From: Octopus sinensis
Lineage: Eukaryota
Reading direction: 5' to 3'
DNA length: 64,000 bases
NCBI RefSeq assembly: GCF_006345805.1
Contig: NC_043019.1
Location: 19,467,360-19,531,359 of the forward strand
Part shown: piece by piece, positions 25,970-39,490 of the stretch
Numbering within the stretch: the stretch's first letter is position 1
How the letters are laid out: every line of letters begins with the position of its first letter
Made by a program: the position numbers and the translations under genes
The notes under the pieces: generated by a model
Told to the model about the DNA's origin: nothing
Databases searched by the model: none
The model's input: only the letters and a program-made list of their open reading frames with translations

Positions 25970-27673
25970 TGATTATGTTAACATCAAATATATGCAATTT
26001 TAACCAAGTTTAAGAAAGTTAATGGAAATTAAAAGATTAAAGAAATTGATATTTCTAATGTGAGGTGAAGTTATGGAATTATAGTCAAGGCTTGTTTGAG
26101 CTTGATCCAACATTTTGTTGGGTCAAGCATGTTTAGTACTTGACCAATACATTCGTTTAACTTGAGTATAATATACACGTTACTTCGTACGTAAATATAT
26201 ACATTACTTTGTACATAAAACATATCTGATTATGTGGCTCCAGACCACTCCTGAGTTAGCAGACCTACAATCCTTTGATTGTCTCAGCTCTACCAGCCAT
26301 TCTGCATTTCTGACAACATCATCAAATGTGTCTTTCTTTTCGAAGAGACTGTAGGAAGAGATCTGAGACGACAGGTGGAGCGACCACGTTGTCTCACATT
26401 ACACGTGTACCTCCTGTTCATGCTGTTCAGGTTACCCTTGAGCCCAGTGAAAAGAAAGAAAAGTACTAATTTAATGAATTAATGAGCATTTGGATATGGT
26501 GCTAATCAAATTTCACCTGGCAAGGATCAACGGGGAAAATAGACAACAGGTAACTAGAGAGGAGACATGACCCAGGGGCAGTTTAACTTGTCTAGTGTTG
26601 TGAGGTAGAGAGGAATAGGCTGAGTAGAGAAGGAAGAAAGGGTAGTAAAGTATGTTTGGGAGACAGAGGAAGAAGTGTGAGAGAGAGGAAGTTACAGCAG
26701 TAAGAGGAGGACGAGTGTAAGAAAGAAAGGCAAATGAAAAAACAGAGGGAGAAAGAGAGAGAGAGAGAGAGAGATAGAAATATAGCTGTAGAGAGAGGGG
26801 TAAGGACTCGTAGATAGACAGGAAGATTGATACAGAATTGACAGAAAGGGAAGGAGAGTAAACAGACATAGAGGAAGAGTGGGAGAGAGAATAGCATACA
26901 GAAGAGACAGAGAGGGACAGACAGATATTTAAAGAGGGGATGACTGACTGATAGAAAGGGGAGGAGAATAAGTAAGAGAGAGTAAACAAACATAGAAAGA
27001 AGGGTGGGAGGAGATAAGTAAGAGTAAAAATAGGGAGCTGGTGAAATGTGAATATGAAGGGGTTCTTGAGTAAATAATGTTAAAAAAGATTTTATCATTT
27101 CATTATTTGAAAATAAAAGTTATAATACAATGAATATTTTAACAAAGTATTTTGCAATTTTAACCAAGTTTAAGAAAGTTAATGGAAATTAAAAAAAAAA
27201 TTTTTAATTGATTTTTCTAATGTGCATCAAGGGGTATTTTTGGTTATCTCACCCCCATTAAAAAATTGCCATTAAAATATTCGATTATCTCCCCCACTAA
27301 AAAGGTGAGTTAATGTTGCAACAAGAGATTGGATTAAAAGAGTTAGATCGTTTGGATTCAATACTTCAACACATTGTGGATGTTTGGCCTCCTCAATAGG
27401 AATTGTAGGATTTCTTATAAAAATAACTTCATGTTTATGAATTTTTTTAATGTTTAATCTTTTCACTTTCAATTCTTATTTTTTTCTTTTATTTGTTTCA
27501 GTCATTTGACTATGGCCATGCTGCAGCACCGCCTTTAGTCAAACAAATCGACCCCAGGACTTATTCTTTGTAAACCCAGTACATATTTTATCGGTCTCTT
27601 TTGCCAAACTGCTAAGTTGTCCACTGATAGTGAGAGGATAAAAACAAACAGACAGACAGACACACATACACAC

Positions 27674-27715
<42 letters not shown>

Positions 27716-27859
27716 GTGTGTATGTGTGTCTGTCTTGTGCTCTGTTTTTTTGTTGTTAAAAAAAGTCCGTTTCCATGTTTTTATGTTTTCATTTCTCGTT
27801 GAGTTCTACGTCTATTTGTGGTGTCCTGTACTCATATATATATATATATATATATATTA

Positions 27860-30344
27860 ATAATAGATATTAGGGAATAGATCCAAACTTACAGGGAAAA
27901 ATCAGATTTAGGATTGAATCCAATTTTATAGTAAAATATTATATTATATTAAATTAGAGATAAAACCACTATTAGGCAAATCATACAATGAAAAACTTAA
28001 GCCAATACATAATATTATTTAATTTATATTATTTAAATATATAACAAAATTATTAAAAAAATATAATTAATATAACACTACGATCATTTCATGGCTATTA
28101 ATTTCTTAAAATTTTCGAGTTACAGTCATTCATCAGGTGGTTTAAATATCTAAAATATAACCAATATTTTTAAGATATAAATAATATATATAATATAATA
28201 ATTTTACTTATAATAAACTCTATTATCAAATATGATTATATCCAAATCGACTATAATGTTAAATATTAATTTTAGTTTATAAGGTAGGAAACCCATAATC
28301 TAATATCAATATTAGTCTATATCTAATTACATGACTAATATATATAAATTATCAATCAAAATATATATATAAATATTATAATCAAGATCTAAAATAATCT
28401 CTATAAATAATTGTATATAATAAACCCTAATACATTTAATTTTTCATATTTAAAGATGAAATAGCTAATTTCAAAATACAAATAAACTAACTTAAACGGA
28501 CTTTCAGAAATCTTATGTAAAATACTTTTAGAAATAATCAATTCTTAGTAATATAGTATCGAATAAATACTATAGGTACTATAAATATAATTATGAATGG
28601 GAATAATTATCGAATATAAATTTAAAGAAATAACTAAGTTATGCTATTAAATTAGACATGGCCTTGACCAATCTTTAGTCGAAACATATCTAAGTTTATC
28701 AAAGTTTATCTAATTTAATTATAAATTTAAAACTACAATTAATACTATTAAAACATGTATTTACAAAAGCCTAACTTAATACACCTAGTATACTTGCTAT
28801 CAAATAACAAATCTATCGCTAAGAAGTATCTTACGAATAAACTTCAATTTAATATCTAATAACATAGAAAATTACGATAATTAGATCATTACATAAACAA
28901 CGATATTTACATAAGGAGAATATTATTACTCCAAAGGCTTATACAATATTAAAATTTACAATTTGAAGATCTTAAATAAATACATACTTAACTTGGCGAG
29001 GTTTAATCAATGAACTAAAATTTTGAATCAAAAAACGTCTTTTACAGCGTTTATAAGAATACTCATGGAATTACGTTATTAGCAAAAAAAAGAATAAATT
29101 GTTGAAGAATTCATTACGCGTGAGGAACCTACGTTTATTATAGAATGGAAAATTATATGTTTATTATTGTAATAATGAATTCACAAATAAAGAATAAAAT
29201 CTCTCTATACTATAATATTTATTAATAAAATAACTATGATAAATGAAACTTAATACAAAATAAATTAAATGATTTAAATGATTAAAAACCACTAATTATT
29301 AAATATATTCTAAAAATCTTATAAGATTAATAAATACATAAAAATTAATTTATATAGTAACCCCTCTACATACTATAAATTCTTTCCCATGCCCTTATAA
29401 TTATAAGCTAAAATTAGTGATCATAACAAATCTATAAATACTTATCAAAATTTGTAGTATAACTATACATACGTTTACATAAATATATAAGAAAATATAC
29501 ATACATATACATATATATATACATATATATATATATATACACATACATATACATACACATATACACATACATACACATACATATATACACACACTTACAC
29601 CCATACACATATGCACACTCATACATACATGTACATACATACAATACTCAATATATACACTTACACCAATATATACACACCCACAAACACACATATAAAT
29701 AAATGTATATACATATATATATATATATACACACACATCATCATATACACATATATACATACACACACATCCACATATATTATAAATAAATAGATATATA
29801 AATGTCTATAATCATACTACAATACAAAATAGAGGTAAATATTAAGTTAAATCTAAAATATTAATCTACTAATCTATACTTCTATATTAAATAATATGGA
29901 TTAAATAAACAACTAAATAAAACTATTTCAAATATAAAGAGATTACATACAAATTGATTAATATAACAAAATTATAATTTAACGAAGTTATAATAGAAAT
30001 ATAACAAAATATATAAAATAAATAAAATTGTAACTTACCAGACTCTATATTCAATAAACCATTAAATATTTATTAAAAATATATTTAGTAATAAAATATT
30101 TAGTAATAAAATCAACAACCATCTATAATCTAACTATAATTAAAAACAGAACCTAAATAACTAAAATAAACTAATATAATAAGTACTACAAATCACCTGG
30201 TATATTTATAATACTATTACATAAAACAACAAATAGGGAGCTAATTTTGTTATATATTTAAATAATATAAATTAAATAATCTTATGTATTGGCTTAAGTT
30301 TTTCATTGTATGATTTGCCTAATAGTGGTTTTATCTCTAATTTA

Positions 30345-30350
<6 letters not shown>
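27860..30350 (-). mobile_element. Very AT-rich decayed Penelope-like element with terminal inverted repeat
   Basis: 27945-28052 is the reverse complement of 30242-30350; hammerhead at 28074-28142. No readable ORF. Confidence 0.55.
28074..28142 (-). ncRNA. Type-I hammerhead ribozyme motif
   Basis: Minus strand reads aaccac CTGATGA atgact...agccat GAAA tgatc GTA gtgtt. Confidence 0.7.
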
Positions 30351-30375
<25 letters not shown>

Positions 30376-30451
30376 GAGTATGTGACCTCGTCTGTATCAC
30401 TAGCGATTTTTTCCCCCTGTCTTCCCTTCTCAGGATCTTTCCTTCTCCTAT

Positions 30452-30486
30452 GTTTCCGACGAAGAGCTCCACTCGAAACGTCAAAC
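30452..30486 (+). ncRNA. Minimal hammerhead motif, U4C variant
   Basis: gttt CCGACGA a gag ctcca ctc GAAA c GTC aaac, with palindromic ACGT stem III. Confidence 0.65.
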
Positions 30487-30609
30487 CCTCCTTCTTCCCT
30501 TCTTTCCTGAGCGTCCAATAATACTTTATTTGTTCCACGTCCTTGCGTTGTTGTTTTTTTGTTTTTGTTTTCTTGTTTGGATTAACTATATATATATATA
30601 TATATCTCC

Positions 30610-30910
30610 GTGACCGTGATCACCATGACCGACCAGGCTATCAGATGTTGCTACACATCGCTGGTCACAATGCGTTTCGCATTGTTTTAACCTTTAAAGG
30701 ACACCACCCCGCTGGCTAAGTGAGCAGGCCAACAGAAGAAAGAGTGAGAGAAAGTTGCGGCGAAAGAGTACAGCAGGGATTGCCACCACCCCGTGGAGCT
30801 TTAGGTGTTTTCGCTCAATAAACACTCACAATGCCCAGTCTAGGAATCGAAACCGTGATCCTATGACCGCGAGTCCGCTGCCCTAACCACTGGGCCATTG
30901 CACCTCCACA
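30610..30910 (-). mobile_element. tRNA-derived SINE (second family)
   Basis: Minus strand has A box TGGCCCAGTGG and B box GGTTTCGATTCC, then an unrelated body. Confidence 0.75.
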
Positions 30911-31009
30911 TATATATATATATGCATGTATATATACATGTAGATGTAGGTACGTACATATATGTATGTATGTATGCATATATTTTATTTATTATATATA
31001 TATATATTG

Positions 31010-31374
31010 AGGAGACCTATTGAGTCAAGTACATCAACATAAAAAATCAATGGCAACTGTAGTTGCGATACCAGTGCCGGTGGCACGTAAAAAGCACCAA
31101 TCTGATTGTGGCCGTTGCCAGCCTCGCCTGGCACCTGTGTGAGTGGCACGTAAAAAGCACCAATCCGATTGTGGCTGTTGCCAGCCTCGCCTGGCACGTA
31201 AAAAGCACCCACTACACTCACGGAGTGGTTGGCGTTAGGAAGGGCATCCAGCTGTAGAAACACTGCTGGATCAGACTGGAGCCTGGTGCAACCTTCTGGC
31301 TTCCCAGATCCTGGTCGAACCGTCCAACCCATGCTAGCATGGAAAACAGACGTTAACAATGATGTTGATGATGA
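31010..31374 (+). mobile_element. RTE 3' end with (GAT)n tail
   Basis: Close reverse complement of 2145-2490. Confidence 0.85.
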
Positions 31375-32819
31375 TATATATATATATATATATATATAAA
31401 TATATATATATATGACGGGCTTCTTTCAGTTTCCATCCACCAAATCCACTCACAAGGCTCTGGTCAGAAGACACCTGTCTAAAGTGCCATGCAGTGGGAC
31501 TGAACCTGGAACCATGTGATTGGTAAGCAAGTTATTTAACCACACAGCCATGCCTGCGCCTGTTTATTAATTAAAACTTTTTTTTTCCCTTTATTGAGGG
31601 TTAAACAATTTTTTTTCAGTCGGGGGAAATAACCCAATTTTTTAATGGTTAGTGAGGTAACCAAAAAGTACCCATAAAGGTTACAGAACTATAGTCAAGG
31701 CTTGCTTGAGCTCAACCCAATGTGCTTGACCATTCGTTTTGTTTTTTTTTCTAACTCCACTGAATCAGCCAAAATAACCTTTTCAGTGCCACCAGCCTGA
31801 TAACCTACTTAAATCCCACACCTTCTTTCTCCCACTTGACCAAGAATATTTCCCCACCCTCTTCCCTCCAATTTTATATTTTCTTCAAATACCAATCCCT
31901 TTACTAAATTCTATGACCCAGCCAAAACAGCTTTGTTATTTTAAGGGAAGAATTCACAAAAAAAAACAACAAAAGACGAAGACAGGTGGTGTAGACAACA
32001 AACAGATGTATTAGTTTAACGCTCCAGAAGTGAAAAAGTCTTTGGCGTTTTGAGCCTAACACTCTTCCACAGAAATGAACACAGAAAGAAACAAGGAGAG
32101 AAAATAAAGAATGCATTGTGGCTGTCATACCAGTCTGTTCCTTAAATTCCTCCTTCCTCTCACTCCCTTCTGTTTTTTTTTTCTTTTTTTCTTCTCTTTC
32201 CCTTATTCTGATACTTATCTCTCCCTACCTTTATACACTTCTCTCATACTGTGCTCTCCACACATTCTTATTGAATCTTCCTTGTGTCAACATTTACCTC
32301 CTTGTGACAATGTAACCTTTAATTTAATCGCGATATTCTTGGGCTGAAGAGTAACTGGGGGTCTACACCTCACCTGGATTTTTACTGCCTCTGAGGTTCC
32401 GCCTACTATGAAACGTTTGTAGCCCAGATCTTACATTCTCCATTTTGTAACTCTTGTATTCTTATTCGCACACCTCACAACCCTGGTTGCCTATTGTGGA
32501 TTATAAAAACTTTTTTTTTTTTCAGCTTATCATTCTTCAATATGAAAAAAATCCACAACCTTCTGTCTCAATAAACTACTATTGTCCCTGAAAGTTATTT
32601 TTTTAATATTTACTACAGATTGCTATTTCCAGCAAACATTAGTACCTTGTTGTGCCACTATTTTCTATTTATAATTTGACCTTTACAGCTGGAAAACAAT
32701 ATTGTATTGTAATAATACTTATAACTTTTGTGTATATATAAACTGTGGGTATTGGGGCTATGACTACCATCTAGATATATTTCTTTATTTAGTGCTGGAG
32801 ATGTTTTGTTTATGAGGAT

Positions 32820-34370
32820 TTACTCCTGTATTTGTCTGAGTGTTGGGTCCTTCAGGTGCTTGGATAAAATTTGGATGTCAAATTGACCCAGCCTGTCTCC
32901 ATGTTGGTAGAGTATGGTGGACTGTTTTTCTTTGTCATATTCTCCGAAATGTTCATTTAGTCTTTCTGCAATGCTTCTAGATGTCTCACCTACGTATATC
33001 ATGTTCTTGTCTTTACAAGCACCTTATGCTATAGACTACATTTCTAGTTGTACAGTGAATGCCAGGATTAATCTTACGTACCATGAAGTTGTCATTGGTG
33101 CCTGTGGTATTCTCAAAGGGATATGGCCTACATAGTTGTGATCTGATGGTTCTCCCTAGCTTTTCAATGATCTTAATGTTGAGTTTCGCCTTCTTCAAAG
33201 CTTTCCTGAATCTTCAGGCTAGTTCTCCATGGCTCTTGTACCATGTGTTCATCCTGTTTGCTTTGTCACAAACTCTTTCTATCCTATTCCTGTCTTTACT
33301 TCTATAACTAGGGGCAGATACTATTGCTTTTATTACATATAATGCTATCTAACTACTTTCAAGCTCCCCACCTGAACCCTATCTTTTTTATCATATCCAG
33401 AGAATTGCATGAAGTTCTGTACATGTTTCTTTGTTTCTAAGGGTTTGCATAGTGGGAACATGTTCATTATCCTAAGTCTGCTATCAGTATGTTGGTTTTC
33501 ATGCTTTGTGACAAAGCTGAGTTCTTGTGAACAACAAATTTAAAAGTTATGGGTTTCATGTAACAGGAGTGGAGGAGTTGCGCTCTGTTGTTCAGTCTCT
33601 AATCAAAGTTCAGTATCAGGGGCAGGGAGTTTATTGTTAGGGTGTCTAGTGGCATAGTCTATAGTTAGCCATGTGCTGGATGCTCTCCATTATGCTCCTT
33701 TCGCTTTCTACATTACAGTTATTTGATTTTGTCTTGACTAGAATATTTATGCCATCTACATACCTACAGTAGAAACAGTTGTGTATTGTTCCGCTAAGGA
33801 TTGTTTAAGTTTCCTCTCCCACCAGGTCAAGAAGAAGCCGGCTACATCTCCAGCCCCACTGACACCAATGGATGGCTGCATCTTGAACCTGCATCTATAG
33901 TTTCTTGTTAAACTTTACTATGTGGTTCTTCAGGGTGGTTCTTATGCTTGTCCCTATTGCATGTGCAATCAGTCTTTTCACCTGACTGTCGTTCTCAGAG
34001 TCTACGGTACTTTTCTTCACTGCTGATGGTGAGTGGTTTTCCTCTCTCTGACTTGGTGGGGCTGAATCTACTAAGGTCATGGTTGTCCAGGTAAGTACCG
34101 TCATAGCTTAGTTTAAGGAGAAGGCCCAGTTCTCTCGTGTTGACTTCAATGAATTCTGCTTCATTCTCACAGATAACGCATTTCTTCACAGCAAAATCTC
34201 TGCCCATGGATGGCCAGAGTAAAACCACGTCCCTACAACCCATCACACAACCTATTAGGTCATTGGAGTGTTTGCAACTATTGATTCTACTGAGGAGATT
34301 CTCCGTGCCCACACAGACATTCAAATGTCCCCAGATATAAATATAGATCCATCCATCCATGGTGCAGATG
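32820..34370 (-). mobile_element. Penelope-like element fragments (RT + GIY-YIG endonuclease)
   Basis: RNVVYSIRC...IYVGETSRSIAERLNEH (GIY-YIG); FYCRYVDGINI (decayed YVDD). Confidence 0.85.
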
Positions 34371-34377
34371 GTATGTA

Positions 34378-34612
34378 AGGCAGTGAGCTGGCAGAACTGT
34401 TAGCACGCCGGCCGAAATGCGTAGCCGTTTTTCGTCCGCCGTTACGTTCTGAGTTCAAATTCCGCCAAGGTCGACTTTGCCTTTCATCCTTTCGGGGTCG
34501 ATTAAATAAGTACCAGTTATGCACTGGGGTCGATATAATCAACTTGATCCATTTGTCTGTCCTTGTTTGTCCTCTCTGTGTTAGCCCCTTGTGGGTAGTA
34601 AAGAAATAGGTA
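34378..34612 (+). mobile_element. tRNA-derived SINE (third family)
   Basis: Head gagctggcagaa...gagttcaaattcc; central gtcgactttgcctttcatcctttcggggtcga..aataagtaccag. Confidence 0.8.
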
Positions 34613-34620
34613 TGTGAGGA

Positions 34621-36583
34621 CAGATTTATGGTTTTAAATAAACCGCTTATATAATAACAGATAAAAAATGTATTTTTATTAAAAAAATAACATAAACATA
34701 AAGCTAAATTACCAATTTAATAATTCAATTCAATAAAACCACCATAAGCGTCAATAATTGCCTCTGGCTCTGGTCGAAATCATTGACAAGCTCAGATTTA
34801 CTGGTTGTTGTTCATATCAGACATGACTCCAATTATGGCAGTTTTCAAAGAATCTTTGGTGCTATGAGGGGGGGGGGGTTCATTAACATTTTTCTCAATG
34901 ATGTTCCATGCATAGTAGTCTAGTGGATTGAGATCTGGAGAATTTGGAGGTGAAATGTTGGGGGTGATGTGATCATGCAAATTGTTGGCCCTCCATTTTT
35001 GTGTCATCTGAGCCTTGTGTGATGGTGCAGAATCTTGCTGATAGACATAAGGCCTTCCATTGCATACGCTGTTGATCCAAGCCTTAACATCGCTATAGAA
35101 AATGGGTTATTAGCTAATATTCAATTGGGTATACAACAAAATGTTACGATAGAATTTGTTATTCTGGGTAACTTTCTGATACCCATAATAATATTTACGG
35201 CAAAATAGTCTTAATTTCATTTAAGGTTATGGGAAACCACAAACTATCGTTTCTCTCGCTTTGTTTACATTTAGCGTAACGGTTCGTTTTCTCCGTAATG
35301 ATTTCAAATAGGCTCATTCGAAAAAGTAAAATGAAATAGTCTAAGGCTTTACTCCTCTGGGAAAGTCTGTGGCTTGGTCCAGTTTCTTCAGAAAAATCAC
35401 CGAAAGAAACAGTTTTTAAATTTTCACTCCATTCAGGTGCCAATTCGTTTTCTTTATCGCTGTCGGAGCTCTCGAATTCACTGTTTTCACTTTTGGAAAA
35501 TGAAACATCAGATTCATTATCAAATACCATGTCCTTTTTTTTTTCAGTCATAGAGTTAGATTTATGAAGGTCTTCAGTAGAAAATCCTTCGAATTCTGAC
35601 TCGCTGCTTGATATAATGAAATTCGTATCCATTTTTTGTCAGAATTACAAATTTTGAAAACACAATAGGAACAAATTTCGGAAAAAAATCTCTCAAAATT
35701 TACGGAATTAAAATTACACTTCGATTATTGTACAAAACTGTAGTTGAACTGTTTACGAAGTATAATACGTGTTTTCATGAATGTACTAAAGAGATTTGCT
35801 CTGATATTCTCATTTAAATATGAATAGGTAAATTCGGGCGGCTTTGGGCAGTTTGGTAACGAAAGGGTTAAGGCCTTGTGGATAAAAGTGTGAGGGCATC
35901 ACATGTCCTTCATTACTAACAACACCCAAAACCATGACACTTGCAGGAAATTTTGTGTGCATTACTCTTGGAACCTGAGAAGCGTTTGCACATAGCAATC
36001 TGTCATTTCTTCTGTTAGTTTTCTGGTCCTGATCAAAGTTTCTCATTGGAGAAAAACCAATTCACACCATCTTGTAATGGATTTAGAAGTTTGTTCAAAA
36101 TTCTTTTTGACTTGATTAAACGGTTTTCTTTTGTTTTTTCTGACATGAATTGACCTCTCCTCATCTCGTAATACTTGTGTCTGATGTCTTCAGGTACAAC
36201 AGTCCTGATTGGTTTTTCCAACACACAGAATTTTTGGTAATTGACTTCATTGATTTTCCTGGATTGTCTTCAATGTTTTGCTTAACTTCCGGAATAAATT
36301 CAGGTGTCCCAATAGAATCAGATTGTTTGGAATGTTTTTACATTTTGATACATTTAATATGCTTCCATCTTCTTTCTCAAACTCACAGTGTATCATGTGG
36401 ACAAAAGATCTTGCAACTTTCAGAAAACGAGAAATTTCTAAATCACCTTGCTTACCTTCCAAAGCCACAATCACAGCATGCTTTTCAGTTCATTAGCAAG
36501 TGTTAGGCCCGTTTTTTTTTTTTTTTCTGAAATAGAAATTTAATGAAAATTAGTCAGATAAAATAATGACTAAAAATACCCTG
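34621..36583 (-). mobile_element. Tc1/mariner-superfamily (maT/DD37D-like) transposon interrupted by piggyBac
   Basis: WFFSNEKNF.QDQK.NRRNDR, KFPASVMVLGVVS, QQDSAPSH and PPNSPDLNPLDY motifs; CAGGGT end. The left limit is approximate. Confidence 0.82.
35088..35867 (-). mobile_element. Truncated piggyBac related to 12422-14931
   Basis: gtaacgaaaggg|TTAA end; N-terminus SSSESEFEGFS is shared with the 14455-14766 ORF. Confidence 0.85.
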
Positions 36584-36629
36584 TGTGTGTGTATGTGTGT
36601 GTATATGTATATATATATACATATATATA

Positions 36630-37348
36630 CTAGCAGTATCGCCCGGTGTTGCGGTTTGTTTAGACCCTTTAGAATTAGAATTTTTGAAAAGTAAAAATTT
36701 GGCAGTATGTAGCTTATTATTCTCTTTAAGTGAAATATACCGAAAAATGGCGACACACCAGTCAAAACATCGTAAAAAATAGGGATTTTCATAGAAAAAA
36801 GGCACCTTTTTGATGTAAATAATTTTTGGTGTTAACATGGTCAGATTTGAATTTTTTCTTCTGTGGAAGGAAGAGTTAGCCTTCTTCTATTATACTCTCA
36901 TATATATATATATATGTATATATTCATATATATATACATGCATATATATATATGATGATATATATATATATATTAATACAAAAAACCCTCCAGGCTACAT
37001 CCCAAAAATTCATTTCTTTGCCGAATTTCTACAATGTTTACGGCGATTCGTTTTTATATCTTGATAATTTATTTTTCATGCAATTTACGCATGCTTGCAC
37101 GCATGGTGAACACAGTTCACATCAAACAGCTGACTGAGTAAAGTTCACTATTCAATGCATGGGATGAGGCCTAAACAAACACATTATCGATTATTGCACT
37201 TGCGAGATGAATTTCGGAACAGAAATAGCGCAGTTCAATTTTCATTCGCCGAAACTTCAAGTGACACATTTTTGGTGGTTCTACAATTTGTTGGCTAGGA
37301 GGAGATGACACACACAGACACACAAGTTGAGTTTTATATATATATAGA
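36630..37348 (-). mobile_element. Non-autonomous Helitron
   Basis: TC 5' end and hairpin+CTAG 3' end like those of 55575-56080; internal (TA)n. Confidence 0.7.
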
Positions 37349-37989
37349 TATATATATATATATATAGGGAGATGTACTTGCATAGCAAGTGACTTGATCT
37401 TGAGATTGTATGCTGAAACAAAAACAGTTGCAGCATGGAAGATGTTTGTAAGCCATTGAAGAATATAAAAAAAAACGTTAGTTTCACTTCAACATTTAAT
37501 TTTCTATTGTGTCAAAATATTTTTGTCACTTTGAAACCACGACCTGTTCACTGAGAAAACTTTGTGCTGCATCTGAGAAAGTAACAGTTAGTTCATGATA
37601 TATTTGTGTTTATGTATGTATGTATATGTGTGTATGCATGCATATATGCATGTTTGTACGCATGCATGTGTGTATGTGAGCATTTCTGTATTTAAGTGTG
37701 TAGACGTATCTTTGTGTGTGTGTATGTGTATGTACATGTAAATGTAAGTACTGATGTGTGTGCCTGTTCAAGTTGTGTATATGTAACGGTTGCTGTTATT
37801 CTTATTGTCATAGTTATTGTTACCATGGCAATAACGAGACTGCCAACAACTACAACAGCAACAATAAACATGCAAACCAATACAAACATCACTGACAACA
37901 ACAATACACACACACACACACACACAGCCAAAGAGATGGTAACCAGAGAAATGATAGGAATGACAGTAGTACCATGGGTATAAATGATA

Positions 37990-39490
37990 CCGACCCTTTT
38001 CATACCGTATTCTTCATATTGTGGGACAAATCATTGAGTATGAGGCTTATTTATCCGACAGCCCTACCCTTCCACAAAAGCGTTTGCGTACCTCAACAGA
38101 CAAATGAAATAGGAGCACAGTCCTCCATGGTCAGTACTAAACTTAGACAGATTTTAAAACAATAGATTAGTAGACAGAGTGGTAGAGAAGCACAGCAACT
38201 CGGCAAGAAGCCTGCAGGAGGCCTGCAAAAGCTCATACAGCACACGAAAATTGGGGAAGTTGTGTGCCTTCCGACGGACAAGTCTGGCAGAATGCGGATA
38301 GACAACCTGTCAAACTACATCCAGGTGATGCAACCCCACATCCTCAAAATGAGGGAAACCATGATAGAGGAGTATGAAGAGGGAGAGAAGAGTCTCACTG
38401 CTCATATGTTGATGTGGTTAAGCATCCTAGGGGCAAGAAGGTGCACTGTCAACAACTTCCAAGCCACTAATAATACATCCGACCACTATGGAGTATGCAA
38501 GGACCATAAGATGACCACTGGCCCAGTGACAGGAACACCAACGACACTGGTCAATGTTGCCAACAAATACTCCAACTCCTCCTTCCTCTCTGTGATCATA
38601 CGCCCTCTGATAAAAATGTCCCCAGATGTGTGTCATCACGGAGGACCTTCTCAGCAGCATCAATGAGTGCAACCATGCTTATGACCTGACGGGATGCATG
38701 ATAGGTAGTATGACGCAGAACCCCTATACCCATCCTTTGATGTTGATTTTGTTGTGGAGGTGATCAGTGAGAGTGATGTGGAGTTTCGTGGTGTTGACAC
38801 AAAAGAACGAGGTCCCTTCCTGGGACTGACATACGACAATGATTGCTTAGATAAACATCACCTTAGTTGTTTCTCCTCCACTAGATAGATAAAAGGTAGA
38901 GCCCCTACCATAACTTTTATGGCCAAGAAGACTCCTAAAGAGAGGTGGACCTGGACCCCTGTAAACAATGATCTGGTTAAAAAGATGGTCGCACATTCAG
39001 TAGGTGCGAGTAGCAAGACCACACCCAAGGGCCATATATGCCCAAGGGGAAGGTGCAGCCATCGGTGTCAGTATCACTGGCGATGTGGCTAACCTATTTA
39101 TGGCATGGTGGGATAGGAGACTTAAAGAGGAATTAGCAGAGAACTCCATAAACCTAATTCTATATTCCTGCTATGTTGATGATATCAACATAGGAGCCAG
39201 AACACCCCTAAAAGACAATGCTGATGATCTAGAAGTAGCCAGAACACCCCTACAAGACAATGTTGGTGATCTAGAAGCTAACACTATGGAGAACATCCAG
39301 CAAATAGCTAAGTCCATTCACCAGAGCATTGAACTAATGATAGACCACCCTAGTAAGCACCCAAACTACAGATTATCCATTTTAGACACGAAACTGGCCA
39401 GAAAGGAAGAATGGTAAGGTCAACATCCTTCAGTCTTATTCTGCTAAACCCATGACCTCTAAGTACCTTGTTCACAAGAACACAGCTATA
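37990..39490 (+). mobile_element. Penelope-like RT fragments
   Basis: LPTDKSGR, LYPSFDV, GAAIGVSITGDVANLFM and YVDDINI; resembles the 32820-34370 family. Confidence 0.85.

Noticed and set aside
26279-26482. Possible exon
   Set aside because: Weak splice sites, no recognisable motif, and it sits within a repeat family that recurs at ~23560-23960, 27040-27270 and 31560-31730.
28150-30240. Mitochondrial insertion (numt)
   Set aside because: AT-rich, but no mitochondrial gene, rRNA or tRNA was recognised; the termini fit a Penelope-like element better.
30830-30910. tRNA gene
   Set aside because: A/B boxes are present, but the sequence runs into a SINE body with no complete cloverleaf; the same applies to 21825 and 34378.
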